From the IMG/VR virus record IMGVR_UViG_3300012232_000005, positions 1-47,888 of that record: DNA of 47,888 nucleotides. One strand, given 5' to 3'. The position numbers and the translations under genes are program-made. The notes beneath the pieces are model-generated. The model did not search any database. It saw only the letters and a list, made by a program, of their open reading frames with translations, and was not told where the DNA came from. This document shows positions 7,914-17,786 of this stretch, one piece after another (the stretch's first letter is position 1; each line of letters opens with the position of its first letter). Source of the stretch: a virus. Lineage: Duplodnaviria; Caudoviricetes.

Positions 7914-10553
7914 ATGGCCAACCTGACGCCGCAGCAAGCCACCCGGCAGGCCGTCTCGGCGCAGTGGGCGCTCTCCCAACTGGGGAGCCGCGACTACTAC
8001 ATGCTCTGCCAGCGGTTCATCGAGAACGCCTACGGCACCGGGGGCCAGTACGGCTCCGCGGCCAAAGCCTCCGGGGCGCTGATGAACAACACCGACATCG
8101 ACGCCGCCGACGTGGGCGATCTGGTGTTCTTCAAGCCCGACCCCTCCAACGGCAACTACGGCCACGTGGGGATCTACGTGGGCAACGGGGAGATGGTCAG
8201 CGCCACCAACGGCGGCATCACGCGGGACAACATCCAGAACAGCGGCTACTGGAAGAACCTGCTGGTGGGCTTCGGCGACCCGCCCGACCAGTGGAAGGGG
8301 CGCAGCACCAGCGACCAGGGCCTGCTCCAAGGGGCGGCCAGCCTGCTCCAGAACGCGGCCGCCTCGGTGGGCAACTTCGGGAAGGCCAAGCAGTCCTCGA
8401 GCCTCGCCGCGTGGGGCGGTGCCGGGCAGTGGATCGACCTCATCGCCCAGGCGTCCGAGAAGTACGACATCCCCATCAACCTCCTGGCGGCCAAGGTCAA
8501 CGCCGAGAGCGGCGGGAAGATGACGGCCAAGAGCGGAGCGGGGGCGCAGGGCCTCCTCCAGCTCATGCCTGCGACCGCCCGCAGTCTGGGGGTCACCGAC
8601 CCCAACGACCCCGCCCAGAACATCGACGCCGGGGCCAAGTACTTCCGGCAGATGTACGACCAGCAGGGCAACTGGGAGGACGCGCTCCGCGCCTACAACG
8701 CGGGGCCGAACGGGAACTGGAACAACGCCGAGACGCGGAACCACGTCACGAAGGTGATGAAGAACGCGACGGAGATCGGCAACAGCCTCAGCAGCGGAGG
8801 AGGTGGCGGGATGCCCGGTTCAGGATTCGGTGGCCCCGGTGGTGGCCCTCCGGGGAGCCAGGAGCCGCCCGAGGTCAGGCGGCAGCGGCAGCAGGGGAAC
8901 ACCCCGCCGCCCAACCTCCAGCCCGCCGTGGACTACATGGGCAACCTGTGGTCGGAGTTCCTGAAGAAGTTCGGGGACACGCTGGGCGAGAACGCCAACT
9001 CCCGGCAGTCCATCACCGCCCCCTTGGTGCAGGGTCGCCAGTCCGGTCAGCAGCCCGGTCGGATGGACAACCCCTTCCTGTCCGGGATCGCCGGCCAGGA
9101 GGCGCGGGATCGTCCCGCCGCCCCGGACGTGATGCAGGCCCAGCAAGCGCAGCAAGCGCAGCAGGCCCAGGCGCAGGCGGCCGCTGGCCCTGGTGGAGCG
9201 GGAGCACCGGGAGCCAAGCCCAGACCGCAGGGGTGGGTCGATCCGAACACCGTCCCCGAGGCGTACCGGGGCATCCTCGGGGCGTCCAACGACCTCCAGG
9301 AGCAGATGGCGGCCATCCAGGAGCGCATCCGCGCGGCCGCCCCCGGCTCCGACGAGGCGTTCACGCTGAGCAAGACCTACGACAACCTGCTCCAGCGGTG
9401 GGGGCAGCTCGCCCCGTCCGTGGCCCAGATCGTCCAGTCCGCCCAGAAGTCCTCGCAGGGCGAGTTCGTCCCCGGCACCAACGCCAGCCAGGGCAAGTGG
9501 ACGATCATCAAGCAAGACCCGGTGACCGGGGCGATCACCACCCAGACCATCGACAACCCGAACCCGCAGGAGTCCGACGCCCAGATCAGCGCGGCCGCCT
9601 CCAACCGCAACGCGCAGATCTCCGCCGACGCCAGCCGCTACGGCAGCGACATCTCCCGCCAGAACTCGCAGGAGTCCGCGGGCGCCTCCCGCTACGGCGC
9701 GGACGTGGCCGCCGGTGCGTCCCGGTACGGGGCCGACGTGTCCGCGGGGGCCAGCCGGTACGGGTCGGACATCGCCCGCGAGAACGCGCTCACCCAGGCG
9801 GAGACGGCCAAGCAGGTGGCCGCCCTCCAGGCGGCGGTGCAGCAGCAGCAGAACAAGCTCGACGCCCAGATCCGCTCGGGCGACCTGACCCTGCGCGAAG
9901 CCACCGAACGCTGGAACCAGTGGTACAAGACCAGCGTCGAGGCCCCCCTGGCCGTGCTCCAGCAGCAGCGGGAGACGGAGCGGTACAAGATCGAGGGCCA
10001 GAACGCCGTCACCCAGCGGGCCACCGCGCAGTCCGAGCACGAGCGGGGCGTCGCCAACATCGGCCAGCAGATGTGGCAGGGGGCGGCGCAGGCGTACAAC
10101 CAGATGATCCCCAACACGGTCGGCGCCGGTTGGGGCGAGGGGTTCCAGCGCAACCTCCAGGGTCAGGGCTACCAGCCCAACAGCGGGGCCACCTTCAACA
10201 CCCCCGAGAGCCTGGACGCCTTCGCCACCCGCAAGGTGGCCGAGATGCTCCAGGGCGTCAGCCCCTACGCGCAGTCGATCATGCAGTCGCAGGGCGCGAT
10301 GGGGAATCCCGGTCAGGCGATGGGCGGCGACCAGATGGCCGGACTGACCCAGACCGCCACCAACACCGCGAACAACGCCCTCCAGAATCCGATGCAGATG
10401 CCGCAGCTCCCCGGCATCCAGATGCCCGGCGGGCCCGACCTCTCCGGGTTCCTGCCCGGCGGTGGTGGTGGGAGCTTCCCGAGCCAGCAGCAGCAGCCCC
10501 AGCTCCCGGACTACTCATTCAACCAAGGAGGCTCGGGCTTCGGCCTGGGTTAA
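7914..10553 (+). CDS. Virion-associated peptidoglycan hydrolase / ejection protein (NlpC/P60-like + SLT lytic transglycosylase + coiled-coil region)
   Basis: NlpC/P60 Cys/His motifs LCQRF...GDLVFF...YGHVGIYVGNGEMVSA. SLT motifs AESGG...GAQGLLQLMPATA...NIDAGAKY...ALRAYNAGP. Confidence 0.85.
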   Translation: MANLTPQQATRQAVSAQWALSQLGSRDYYMLCQRFIENAYGTGGQYGSAAKASGALMNNTDIDAADVGDLVFFKPDPSNGNYGHVGIYVGNGEMVSATNGGITRDNIQNSGYWKNLLVGFGDPPDQWKGRSTSDQGLLQGAASLLQNAAASVGNFGKAKQSSSLAAWGGAGQWIDLIAQASEKYDIPINLLAAKVNAESGGKMTAKSGAGAQGLLQLMPATARSLGVTDPNDPAQNIDAGAKYFRQMYDQQGNWEDALRAYNAGPNGNWNNAETRNHVTKVMKNATEIGNSLSSGGGGGMPGSGFGGPGGGPPGSQEPPEVRRQRQQGNTPPPNLQPAVDYMGNLWSEFLKKFGDTLGENANSRQSITAPLVQGRQSGQQPGRMDNPFLSGIAGQEARDRPAAPDVMQAQQAQQAQQAQAQAAAGPGGAGAPGAKPRPQGWVDPNTVPEAYRGILGASNDLQEQMAAIQERIRAAAPGSDEAFTLSKTYDNLLQRWGQLAPSVAQIVQSAQKSSQGEFVPGTNASQGKWTIIKQDPVTGAITTQTIDNPNPQESDAQISAAASNRNAQISADASRYGSDISRQNSQESAGASRYGADVAAGASRYGADVSAGASRYGSDIARENALTQAETAKQVAALQAAVQQQQNKLDAQIRSGDLTLREATERWNQWYKTSVEAPLAVLQQQRETERYKIEGQNAVTQRATAQSEHERGVANIGQQMWQGAAQAYNQMIPNTVGAGWGEGFQRNLQGQGYQPNSGATFNTPESLDAFATRKVAEMLQGVSPYAQSIMQSQGAMGNPGQAMGGDQMAGLTQTATNTANNALQNPMQMPQLPGIQMPGGPDLSGFLPGGGGGSFPSQQQQPQLPDYSFNQGGSGFGLG
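9624..9776 (+). repeat. Four copies of an 11-residue repeat A(D/G)ASRYG(S/A)D(I/V)x
   Basis: ADASRYGSDIS...AGASRYGADVA AGASRYGADVS AGASRYGSDIA; the last three copies are tandem with a 33-nt period. Confidence 0.9.
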
Positions 10554-10567
10554 GATAAGGCCGTTCC

Positions 10568-11431
10568 GTGCCAGAAGAAACGATTGCACCCGCCGCACCC
10601 GACGCTCCCGCAGTCGAAGCGCCCGAGCCGGACGCACCCGACGAGAAGCCGGACGGCAACGAGTGGTTTCGAGAGAAGATTTCCGGGCTGCCGAGCCAGC
10701 CCGCGGAGTCCCGACCCTCTCGGAACCAGCAGTGGGCCGAGGCCAACGCCGAGCTGCGTCGCGGACGCACAGGAGGGGCCAAAGCGGCCCCGGACGAGGG
10801 AGAGCCGTCCACCGATACGGACAAGGGCAGCGAGCCACCGGCGTCCCGACCCGAGCGGGATGAGACGGAGCTTGATCGCCGCGTCCAGGCCGAGGTGGAT
10901 CGCCGGGAGGCCGTCCGCAACCAACGGGCTGAGGCCCAGCGGGAGCGGGATCTGCGCCGGAACGACCCCGCCGCCTACGCCAAGTACAAGGAAGAGCAGG
11001 AAGCGGCTACCAGCCACATCTCCAACCTGACCGGGGCGCTGAAGCAGCTCGCCGGTCAGTTCGACGAGGCCGCCGTGACCCCGCTGGTGCAGTCCCTCCC
11101 TGAAAAGATTCAGGCCGAGGTGCTGAAAGATCCGGGGCACGGGATCGACGGCCGCAAGGAGATCGTGAAGCGGGCCATCGCTGCGCTGAAGAAGTCCGCG
11201 TACGACGAGGGCGAGAAGGCGGGGAGGGAGTCGGCCCAGAAGTCGCTCCGCAAGTCGTCGGCGTTCCGCAAAGAACTGCTCACGGAACTCCGCGACGGCG
11301 AGGAGGAGCCGGAGCTGGCCCAGGCCAGCGGCACCTCCCGGAACGCCGACTGGGACATGAACGACTGGATGCGGGCCATGACCGGCAGAAACGGTACGGC
11401 CAGCCGCAACGGTCGCACTTCTCGGGAGTAA
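10568..11431 (+). CDS. Putative capsid scaffolding protein
   Basis: Acidic, disordered N-terminus and charged helical middle (LDRRVQAEVDRRE); directly upstream of the major capsid gene. Confidence 0.7.
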   Translation: MPEETIAPAAPDAPAVEAPEPDAPDEKPDGNEWFREKISGLPSQPAESRPSRNQQWAEANAELRRGRTGGAKAAPDEGEPSTDTDKGSEPPASRPERDETELDRRVQAEVDRREAVRNQRAEAQRERDLRRNDPAAYAKYKEEQEAATSHISNLTGALKQLAGQFDEAAVTPLVQSLPEKIQAEVLKDPGHGIDGRKEIVKRAIAALKKSAYDEGEKAGRESAQKSLRKSSAFRKELLTELRDGEEEPELAQASGTSRNADWDMNDWMRAMTGRNGTASRNGRTSRE

Positions 11432-11435
11432 GTAG

Positions 11436-12497
11436 ATGCCCTACAACTCAATCGTCACCCGCCAAGAGTCGGTATCCATCCCGTCCACCGGGTACGGCGC
11501 CCTCATCCCCGAGGACTTTTCACGTGAAATCTCCAAGGGGATCATCAACAAGTCCGCGGCCCTCCAGCTCTTCCCCCACCGCACGATGAGCCGGATGCAG
11601 CAGCGCATCCCGGTGGTCAGCGCCCTCCCGTCCGCCTACTGGGTGGCCGGGGACACGGGCCTCAAGCAGACCACGGCGATGCAGTGGACGAACAAGTGGC
11701 TGATCGCCGAGGAGCTGGCCGTGATCGTCCCGATCCCGGAGAAGCTGCTCGACGACACGGACTACGACCTGTGGGACGAGATCCGCCCGCTGCTCGAGGA
11801 GGCCGTGGCCATCGCGCTGGACGAGGCCATCTTCTTCGGCGTCGGGAAGCCCGCCTCGTGGCCCGCCGCGGTCGTCCCCGCCGCCATCGCCGCCGGGAAC
11901 AGCGTCGTCGCCGGAACCTCCACCGCCCTGGACGTGGCCGAGGATCTGAACAACGTCCTGACCACGGTCGAGGTGGACGGCTACGCCCCCACCGGCTGGT
12001 GGATGCGGCCGCAGTTCAAGGCCCGGATGCGCGGTCTGCGCGACGCCAACAAGGACTTCCTCTTCCTCCCCGAAGGCCCCGCCAACGTCGGCGTGTCCAA
12101 CAACGACGCGCTGGCCGTGTCCCGCCGGGGGAGCACCGCCGCGGGCGGCACCCGCGCCGGGCTGCTCTACGGGGAGCCGGTGTACGTGTCCTACGCGGGC
12201 CTGTCCGGCTTCGCCAACTCCACCGGCGGCGCGGCCACCCAGGCCGAGGCGGTCACCGGGGACTTCAGCCAGGGCATCCTCGGCGTGCGCCAGGACATGA
12301 CCTTCAAGATGCTGGATCAGTCCGTGATCCAGGACAACACCGGGGCGATCATCTACAACCTCAGCCAGCAGGACTTGGTGGCCATGCGCGTGGTCTGCCG
12401 GTACGCCTGGCAGGTGCCCAACCCGGTGTCCCGCCTCCAGGCCAGCGAGGCCAACCGCTACCCGTTCGGCGTGCTGCTCCAGGTGCCGGTGCCGTAA
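11436..12497 (+). CDS. Major capsid protein (HK97 fold)
   Basis: Motifs GALIPEDFSREI, AYWVAG, EELAVIVPIPEKLLDD, LDEAIFFG, GDFSQGILGVRQDMTF, NLSQQDLVAMRV are typical of HK97-family capsids. Confidence 0.93.
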   Translation: MPYNSIVTRQESVSIPSTGYGALIPEDFSREISKGIINKSAALQLFPHRTMSRMQQRIPVVSALPSAYWVAGDTGLKQTTAMQWTNKWLIAEELAVIVPIPEKLLDDTDYDLWDEIRPLLEEAVAIALDEAIFFGVGKPASWPAAVVPAAIAAGNSVVAGTSTALDVAEDLNNVLTTVEVDGYAPTGWWMRPQFKARMRGLRDANKDFLFLPEGPANVGVSNNDALAVSRRGSTAAGGTRAGLLYGEPVYVSYAGLSGFANSTGGAATQAEAVTGDFSQGILGVRQDMTFKMLDQSVIQDNTGAIIYNLSQQDLVAMRVVCRYAWQVPNPVSRLQASEANRYPFGVLLQVPVP

Positions 12498-12557
12498 GCT
12501 AGTCGAGCGCCCGGTGAGTCACCCAATCCGCGTAGCGGAACGGGGAGGGGCCGGGGG

Positions 12558-12593
12558 TCAAGAGAGTCGGTGCCGCAAGGCCCCGGCTTTCTT
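12558..12593 (+). terminator. Probable intrinsic terminator after the capsid gene
   Basis: caagagagtcgg-tgcc-GCAA-ggcc-ccggctttcttg forms a stem-loop with a GNRA loop and a U-rich 3' side. Confidence 0.55.
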
Positions 12594-12611
12594 GGCGTCT
12601 AAGATGGGACG

Positions 12612-12800
12612 ATGAGACTGACGTTCCTCGAGACGCGCCTGCTCTTGTGGTCGGTTCGCATGGCCCCGCGCCGCGCGGACGTGTCCCCGACCGAGGTCGC
12701 CAACCTCGCCAGGCGGCTCCAGTCGGAGTACGCCCGCCAGGAGCAGAAGGCGGCCTCGATGGTCACCCAATCCGAACCCGAGGAGGCTGAGAGTGCCTAA
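12612..12800 (+). CDS. Small hypothetical protein (62 aa), possibly an inserted gene
   Basis: ATG ORF in the operon direction; most of it lies between two 13-bp direct repeats. Confidence 0.5.
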   Translation: MRLTFLETRLLLWSVRMAPRRADVSPTEVANLARRLQSEYARQEQKAASMVTQSEPEEAESA

Positions 12801-13278
12801 CACCACCGTGTCAGGGATCGTCGTCCCGCCCCCGGAGCGGTACTTCCCGCCCACCACGGGCGTGCTGGACACCTCGTTCTTCATCGTGTCCTACGCCGAG
12901 ATGGTGCCCAAGATCCCCACCATCGTCCCGGTGGCGCAGCGCAACGACGCGGAGTGGCAGGACGCCAACGCCTCGTTCTTGACCCCGCCGAAGTACCCGC
13001 CGGGGCAGAGCGCCTCCGTCCCCGCCTACGCCGCCCCGCCCGCGAGCGGTGGGATCAACAACCCGCCCAACGGTGAGGTCGTCAAGGCCACCGGGGCCTC
13101 GTCGGGTATCCCCGGCGCGTGGATTCCGTCCGGGGTCACCGCCCCCTACAGCATCCTCTCCGCGCCCCCGGCGACGAACCCCGCGACCAACTGGCCCGCG
13201 ACCAACTACATCGTCTGCCGCGACAAGTCCGAGATCTACTGGAACGGCACCAAGTGGCTGCCGGGCCGCCACCCCTAA
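12793..13278 (+). CDS. Pro-rich hypothetical virion protein
   Basis: Strong SD (gaggagg) before GTG; high-GC3 codon usage; located in the head gene block. Confidence 0.65.
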   Translation: MPNTTVSGIVVPPPERYFPPTTGVLDTSFFIVSYAEMVPKIPTIVPVAQRNDAEWQDANASFLTPPKYPPGQSASVPAYAAPPASGGINNPPNGEVVKATGASSGIPGAWIPSGVTAPYSILSAPPATNPATNWPATNYIVCRDKSEIYWNGTKWLPGRHP

Positions 13279-13290
13279 GGAGACTGAGCA

Positions 13291-13551
13291 ATGGCCGAGA
13301 AGCCGTCCGAAGAGAAGGCCCCCGAGGGCGTCGATCAGAAGCTCTGGCAGGCCAACAAGGATCTCCAGAAGCAGATGCGGGAGCAGCTCGAGTCCGAGGA
13401 GGCCGAGCGGATCGCCGAGGCCCGGAAAACGGCCGGGACGCCGCAGACGACCACCACTCAGCCCTCCATGACGGTCGCTGAGGCCGGTGCCGTCAACGAG
13501 GCCAACGAGAAGGCCGCCGCGAAGCCCACCACCACCCCGCCGAAGAAGTAA
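13291..13551 (+). CDS. Small hypothetical protein (86 aa)
   Basis: SD taaggag before ATG; its stop overlaps the next start (TAATG). Confidence 0.7.
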   Translation: MAEKPSEEKAPEGVDQKLWQANKDLQKQMREQLESEEAERIAEARKTAGTPQTTTTQPSMTVAEAGAVNEANEKAAAKPTTTPPKK

Positions 13552-14573
13552 TGGTCGGCGCTCCGCCGCGGTCGAACCCTGCGCCGCCCGGCTACGGTCG
13601 GGCGTACGGCTCCGTCACGGTGTTCGCCGCGGCGGGCGGCAGGACGCTGCCCGCGGTGGGGGCGACGGTGACGGTGCTGCGCCCCGAGGACGACACCCCC
13701 TACGGCGGCGTCCTCTACGCCGACCCGGCGACCACCACCCCACTGGCCTTCCCGCAGTCCACGAACCAACAGGGCGAGTTCGAGGTCTGGGCCGCCGAGC
13801 CGGTGCGGCTGAAGTTCCGGGCCTCCGTCCCCGGCCTCCAGGCCAACGACCAGATCGTTGACTTGCTGTTCACCGAGGACGTGGCGACGGAGCAGCCTGG
13901 TGCGCCGGGGCCGCCCGGCCCGCAGGGTGACCCTGGTGCGCCCGGAACTCCTGGCCCGCAGGGGCCGCAGGGAGAGATGGGGCCTCGCGGTCAGACCGGC
14001 ATCCAAGGGGCCTCCGGCGCTGACGGCCAGGACGGGTTGGACGGGATGCCCGGCCCGCAGGGGCCGACCGGCCCGGCCGGGACGGACGGGGAGCAGGGCA
14101 TCCAGGGGCCGAAGGGGGACGCAGGCCCGCAGGGTATCCCCGGCATCCCAGGATCGACCGGGGCCACCGGGTCGCAAGGCCCTCCGGGCGCGACGGGAGC
14201 GACCGGGCCTCCCGGCCCGACCGGTGCTGATTCCACGGTGCCGGGGCCGCAAGGCCCCAAGGGGGACACCGGAGCGCAGGGCCTCCAGGGGCCAGCCGGA
14301 ACCAACGGAACCAACGGCGCTCAGGGGCCTGCTGGCCCCGGTGTGCCTGTCGGCGGCACCACCAGCCAGGTGCTCACCAAGACCAGCGCGACCGACTTCG
14401 CCACCGCCTGGCAGACGCCCATCGTGTACGCCACCCAGGCGGCCCTGGACGCGGCGACGGCGCGCATCGCCACCCTGGAGGGCCAGGTCGCCACCCTCAT
14501 GTCGCAGATGACCGCCCACCAGCACCACAACGGCACCTGGGATGACCTGGGAGGAGCGTCGTTCACGCCATGA
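13551..14573 (+). CDS. Collagen-like fibre protein with C-terminal coiled coil
   Basis: About 48 Gly-X-Y triplets, then [20 protein letters not shown] and the heptad segment [18 protein letters not shown]. Confidence 0.85.
   Translation: MVGAPPRSNPAPPGYGRAYGSVTVFAAAGGRTLPAVGATVTVLRPEDDTPYGGVLYADPATTTPLAFPQSTNQQGEFEVWAAEPVRLKFRASVPGLQANDQIVDLLFTEDVATEQPGAPGPPGPQGDPGAPGTPGPQGPQGEMGPRGQTGIQGASGADGQDGLDGMPGPQGPTGPAGTDGEQGIQGPKGDAGPQGIPGIPGSTGATGSQGPPGATGATGPPGPTGADSTVPGPQGPKGDTGAQGLQGPAGTNGTNGAQGPAGPGVPVGGTTSQVLTKTSATDFATAWQTPIVYATQAALDAATARIATLEGQVATLMSQMTAHQHHNGTWDDLGGASFTP
13899..14342 (+). repeat. Gly-X-Y collagen-type repeat (9-nt periodicity)
   Basis: Runs [12 protein letters not shown] ... 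GAQ GPA with one interruption (STVP). Confidence 0.95.
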
Positions 14574-15634
14574 CCAGCATCGTCCTCACCGGCCCCGAAT
14601 CGTCTGCGCTCTTCGCCGCCCTAGGCGCGACCACCCTCCGCGAGATCGAGCAGGAGGTGGCCCGCCGGGTGGGGCCGTTCCAGCTCCGGTGGGTGCATAA
14701 CCCCTCGGCGGGGGAGCCGGAAGGCCCCGCCAGCACCACGACCACCGTCGCCATCCCCGCCGTCCGCTCCGCCCTGGATCTCGGCGGGCTGGAGGACATG
14801 TACGTGCTGCGCCGGGGCCGCCTCAGGGACGGCACCCGGCTGCCGGGCGTCCTCCACGTGGTGAATCCTGACCCGGATATCCCGCCGCGGGACATCGTGC
14901 TGAACTACGACCCCGGCGACCGCATCCGTCTGGTGCGGCAGTACCGCGCCCAGGAGGGCGTGCTGGAGGTGGATCGGCCCTACGTCTACCCGCCCCTGGA
15001 CGACGAGGAGATCGAGCTGCACCACCTCGATCCCGAACTCGAGCTGCGCCCCGCCGTCCTGGCCGGGCTGCGGCGCTGCTTCGTGGTGGATCGCCTGGTG
15101 GTGGACACCACCGCCTCCGTGTCCGGGCGCATCATCGACCTGACGGTGCAGGCCCCCTGGCTGCTGACGCGGGATCAGGTCTACGACGTGGCCGCCCCCT
15201 CCGGCCACCCCCTGGTGGGTTGGCGGGTGGGGGCCTTCGCCGGGGGCCTGTTCCTCACCATCGGGGAGTGGGGCATGGGCCGCTCCGTGGTGGTCAACCG
15301 CCGCCCCGTCCCGGCGGCCACGCTGGCCTTCGGCCCCGACCAGACCGGGGAGCTGACCGTCCGCGCGGGCACGGTCAACGAGCCGTGGGACGACGACGAC
15401 GCCTTCCCGATCCCGCTGGACTACGCCGCCGCCGCCGGACACATCGAGGGGTGGCGCACCGCCCGACCCCGACTCTCGTTGGTGTCCCAGACCGGGATGT
15501 GGGCCGAGCAGAAGGAGGCCGCCGCCGAGTTCACCAGGGTGGCGACGATCTTCTTCGACGCCCCGCGTCACACCTCCGAGCTGGCCTTCAGCGCCCGAAG
15601 GTGGCTCGACAACCCCTTGAGCAACGCCCCGTGA
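14570..15634 (+). CDS. Putative head-tail adaptor / tail protein
   Basis: ATGA overlap with the upstream gene. Function is inferred only from its position before the nozzle-like gene. Confidence 0.5.
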   Translation: MTSIVLTGPESSALFAALGATTLREIEQEVARRVGPFQLRWVHNPSAGEPEGPASTTTTVAIPAVRSALDLGGLEDMYVLRRGRLRDGTRLPGVLHVVNPDPDIPPRDIVLNYDPGDRIRLVRQYRAQEGVLEVDRPYVYPPLDDEEIELHHLDPELELRPAVLAGLRRCFVVDRLVVDTTASVSGRIIDLTVQAPWLLTRDQVYDVAAPSGHPLVGWRVGAFAGGLFLTIGEWGMGRSVVVNRRPVPAATLAFGPDQTGELTVRAGTVNEPWDDDDAFPIPLDYAAAAGHIEGWRTARPRLSLVSQTGMWAEQKEAAAEFTRVATIFFDAPRHTSELAFSARRWLDNPLSNAP

Positions 15635-15644
15635 GCCTGCGGCG

Positions 15645-17765
15645 ATGACCAGCGCCACGCTGACCGGCTACGTGGGGCCGGTGTCCCTCGGGTCGCGGCG
15701 CAAGCCGTGGCCCTACGACCTCATCATCCAGGGCACCCCGGTCATCCTCCGCCCCCAAGAGGGCGGGCTGATGATCGGGCGCAAGCTGCAAACCCTGGCC
15801 GGGGTCGCCCCCATCACCTACGACTACTCCTCGCAGCCCGTCTACGCCGAGCGCACCTACGCCTTCCGGCGCATCCGGCAGGGCTACGGGGAGCGGGTGC
15901 AGCGCGCCCCCGCCCCCACCCGCTACTACTACGCCATCAACGCCGACCTCTCCATCGGCGGCCTCCAGATCAAAGGCCCAGCGTTCACCGTCATCACGCC
16001 GCCCAACACGGGCAGGGTCACCTTCTTCATCGACGCCGTTGACCCCGAGTTGGTGCCTTCGGACGACTACCCGGAGGGCTGGTCGCCCCTGTCCACCTTC
16101 GCCGGAGCCGGTCGGTTCATCCTGAAGCGGGTGGGCGACGACCCCTCCGACTGGACGGTGAGCACGGACTTCGGCACCTTCGACCCCGGCGACGGCACCC
16201 CCATCGACAACACCGCCGTCAAAGGCGTCCGCTTCTGGCCCGCCGGGAGCGGGATGGTGGACAGCCTGTGGGTGGTCACCAAAGCGGGCGACCTCTGGCG
16301 CTTCAACGGCACCGCCTGGGACAAGTCGGCGCAGCAGGCGTTCGCCATCACCGTGCTCCGAGAGGAGCTGTGGATCGCGGACGGCGACAACACGATCCGC
16401 AAGTGCGTGGCCGACCCGATGGTGGCCGGGAACTGGAGCGCCCAGATCATCGTGGGGGACGCCAGTCAGGTCATCACGAACCTGGAGGTCTTGGACAACG
16501 CCCTCTACATCTTCAAGACCAACGGCATCTTCACCCTGAACGCCGATACCACGGTCAACGACAAGTTCCCGTCCTTCCGCCAGCAGCCCCTCCCGCGCAA
16601 CGGGGTCAACGCCGCACCGTGGCTCTCCCGGCTGTGGTTCGGCTACGGGGACGGCTACTACTGGCTGGACAACTCTGGCACGCTGACCCCGACCGGGCCG
16701 AACCTGCTGGTGGAGAACAACAGCGAGGTGCAGGGCGAGGTGATGGCCTTCGCCGGTCACGCCTCCTGGTTCGGGTACTACGCCTTGGTGAATCGAGGGC
16801 CGGGTGGGGCGGACGTGGCCCCGAACAGCTACCTCGTCAAGCACGGCACGTGGTTCAACCCGGAGGAGGCCAGCTCCGCCAACTACACCTTCTTCGAGGT
16901 GCCCAACGGGGCGCTCAAGAAGTGGGCGGGCAAGACGGTGACCTCGCTCTACGTGTCCGACGCCGCCGGGGGCAACACCCGCCTCTACTGCGGCTTCGAG
17001 GACGGCTCGATTGAGTGGTGCCTGCTCCCCCGGAACACGCCCAATCCGGCGCACCCGGACTCGGGCTGCGAGTTCACCACGGAGGAGAGCTGGGTCTACT
17101 GGCCCTTGCACCACGCCATGTTCCAGGCGGACGCCAAGTCCTACCGCGGGATGAGCGCCTTCGGCCCCCGGATCGGGTCGCTCAACACGGTGCGCGCCCA
17201 GTACCGGGTCAGCCAGCAGTTCGCGGAGATGCCGCCCGGCGAGCAGGCCCCGTGGATCGACCTCGGGCGGCCGTTCACCTTCAGCGGGGAGCGGATCGAC
17301 TTCCCCGAGAACGTGTTCGGCTACGCCATCGAGATCCGCCACGGCCTCGAGTCCACCAGCGCCAGCACCCCGGTGCTGGAGGGCATGGCCCTGCACGAGC
17401 AGGTGCGCCCCGCGCTCCAGCTCGAATACACGTGGACGGTCAACGCCCGCCGGTGGTTGGCCCGCCGGGACGGGGTGGTGGATCACCGCACCCCGGTGCA
17501 GATCCGCGAGCGGATGCTCCAGGCGGCGTCCGCCATCGGCACCGTGGAGGTCTACATGCCCGACGAGGGCGTGCAGGCCATCTCCATCGTGGACTACTCG
17601 GAGGCCCTGGCCCCGGTCACCAAGCGGTACGGGACGGACTGGGATATCGCCATGAAGGGCATCCAGTTCCGCACCCTGACCATCTACGGCTCGTGGGATC
17701 GGGTGGCCCTCTACGACTGGGACACCATCGCCACGTACACGTGGGACGACATCCTCTACCTCTAG
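15645..17765 (+). CDS. Putative tail nozzle / stabilisation protein (beta-rich)
   Basis: 706 aa, rich in aromatic beta-strand segments (LWVVT, LWIAD, LYIFK, LWFGY, LYCGF). Size and position match podovirus nozzle proteins. Confidence 0.6.
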   Translation: MTSATLTGYVGPVSLGSRRKPWPYDLIIQGTPVILRPQEGGLMIGRKLQTLAGVAPITYDYSSQPVYAERTYAFRRIRQGYGERVQRAPAPTRYYYAINADLSIGGLQIKGPAFTVITPPNTGRVTFFIDAVDPELVPSDDYPEGWSPLSTFAGAGRFILKRVGDDPSDWTVSTDFGTFDPGDGTPIDNTAVKGVRFWPAGSGMVDSLWVVTKAGDLWRFNGTAWDKSAQQAFAITVLREELWIADGDNTIRKCVADPMVAGNWSAQIIVGDASQVITNLEVLDNALYIFKTNGIFTLNADTTVNDKFPSFRQQPLPRNGVNAAPWLSRLWFGYGDGYYWLDNSGTLTPTGPNLLVENNSEVQGEVMAFAGHASWFGYYALVNRGPGGADVAPNSYLVKHGTWFNPEEASSANYTFFEVPNGALKKWAGKTVTSLYVSDAAGGNTRLYCGFEDGSIEWCLLPRNTPNPAHPDSGCEFTTEESWVYWPLHHAMFQADAKSYRGMSAFGPRIGSLNTVRAQYRVSQQFAEMPPGEQAPWIDLGRPFTFSGERIDFPENVFGYAIEIRHGLESTSASTPVLEGMALHEQVRPALQLEYTWTVNARRWLARRDGVVDHRTPVQIRERMLQAASAIGTVEVYMPDEGVQAISIVDYSEALAPVTKRYGTDWDIAMKGIQFRTLTIYGSWDRVALYDWDTIATYTWDDILYL

Positions 17766-17786
17766 CGGACGCTGAAGGAGACGGGC

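Noticed and set aside
4353-8744. 1463-aa minus-strand ORF, and similar long ORFs 15588..19808, 42118..43614 and 46154..47581
   Set aside because: Antisense shadows of high-GC3 plus-strand genes; no recognisable motifs.
4739-10558. Long Arg/Pro/Gly-rich alternative-frame ORFs (4739..7693, 7964..10558; also 17015..19708)
   Set aside because: Off-frame artefacts of GC-rich coding sequence.
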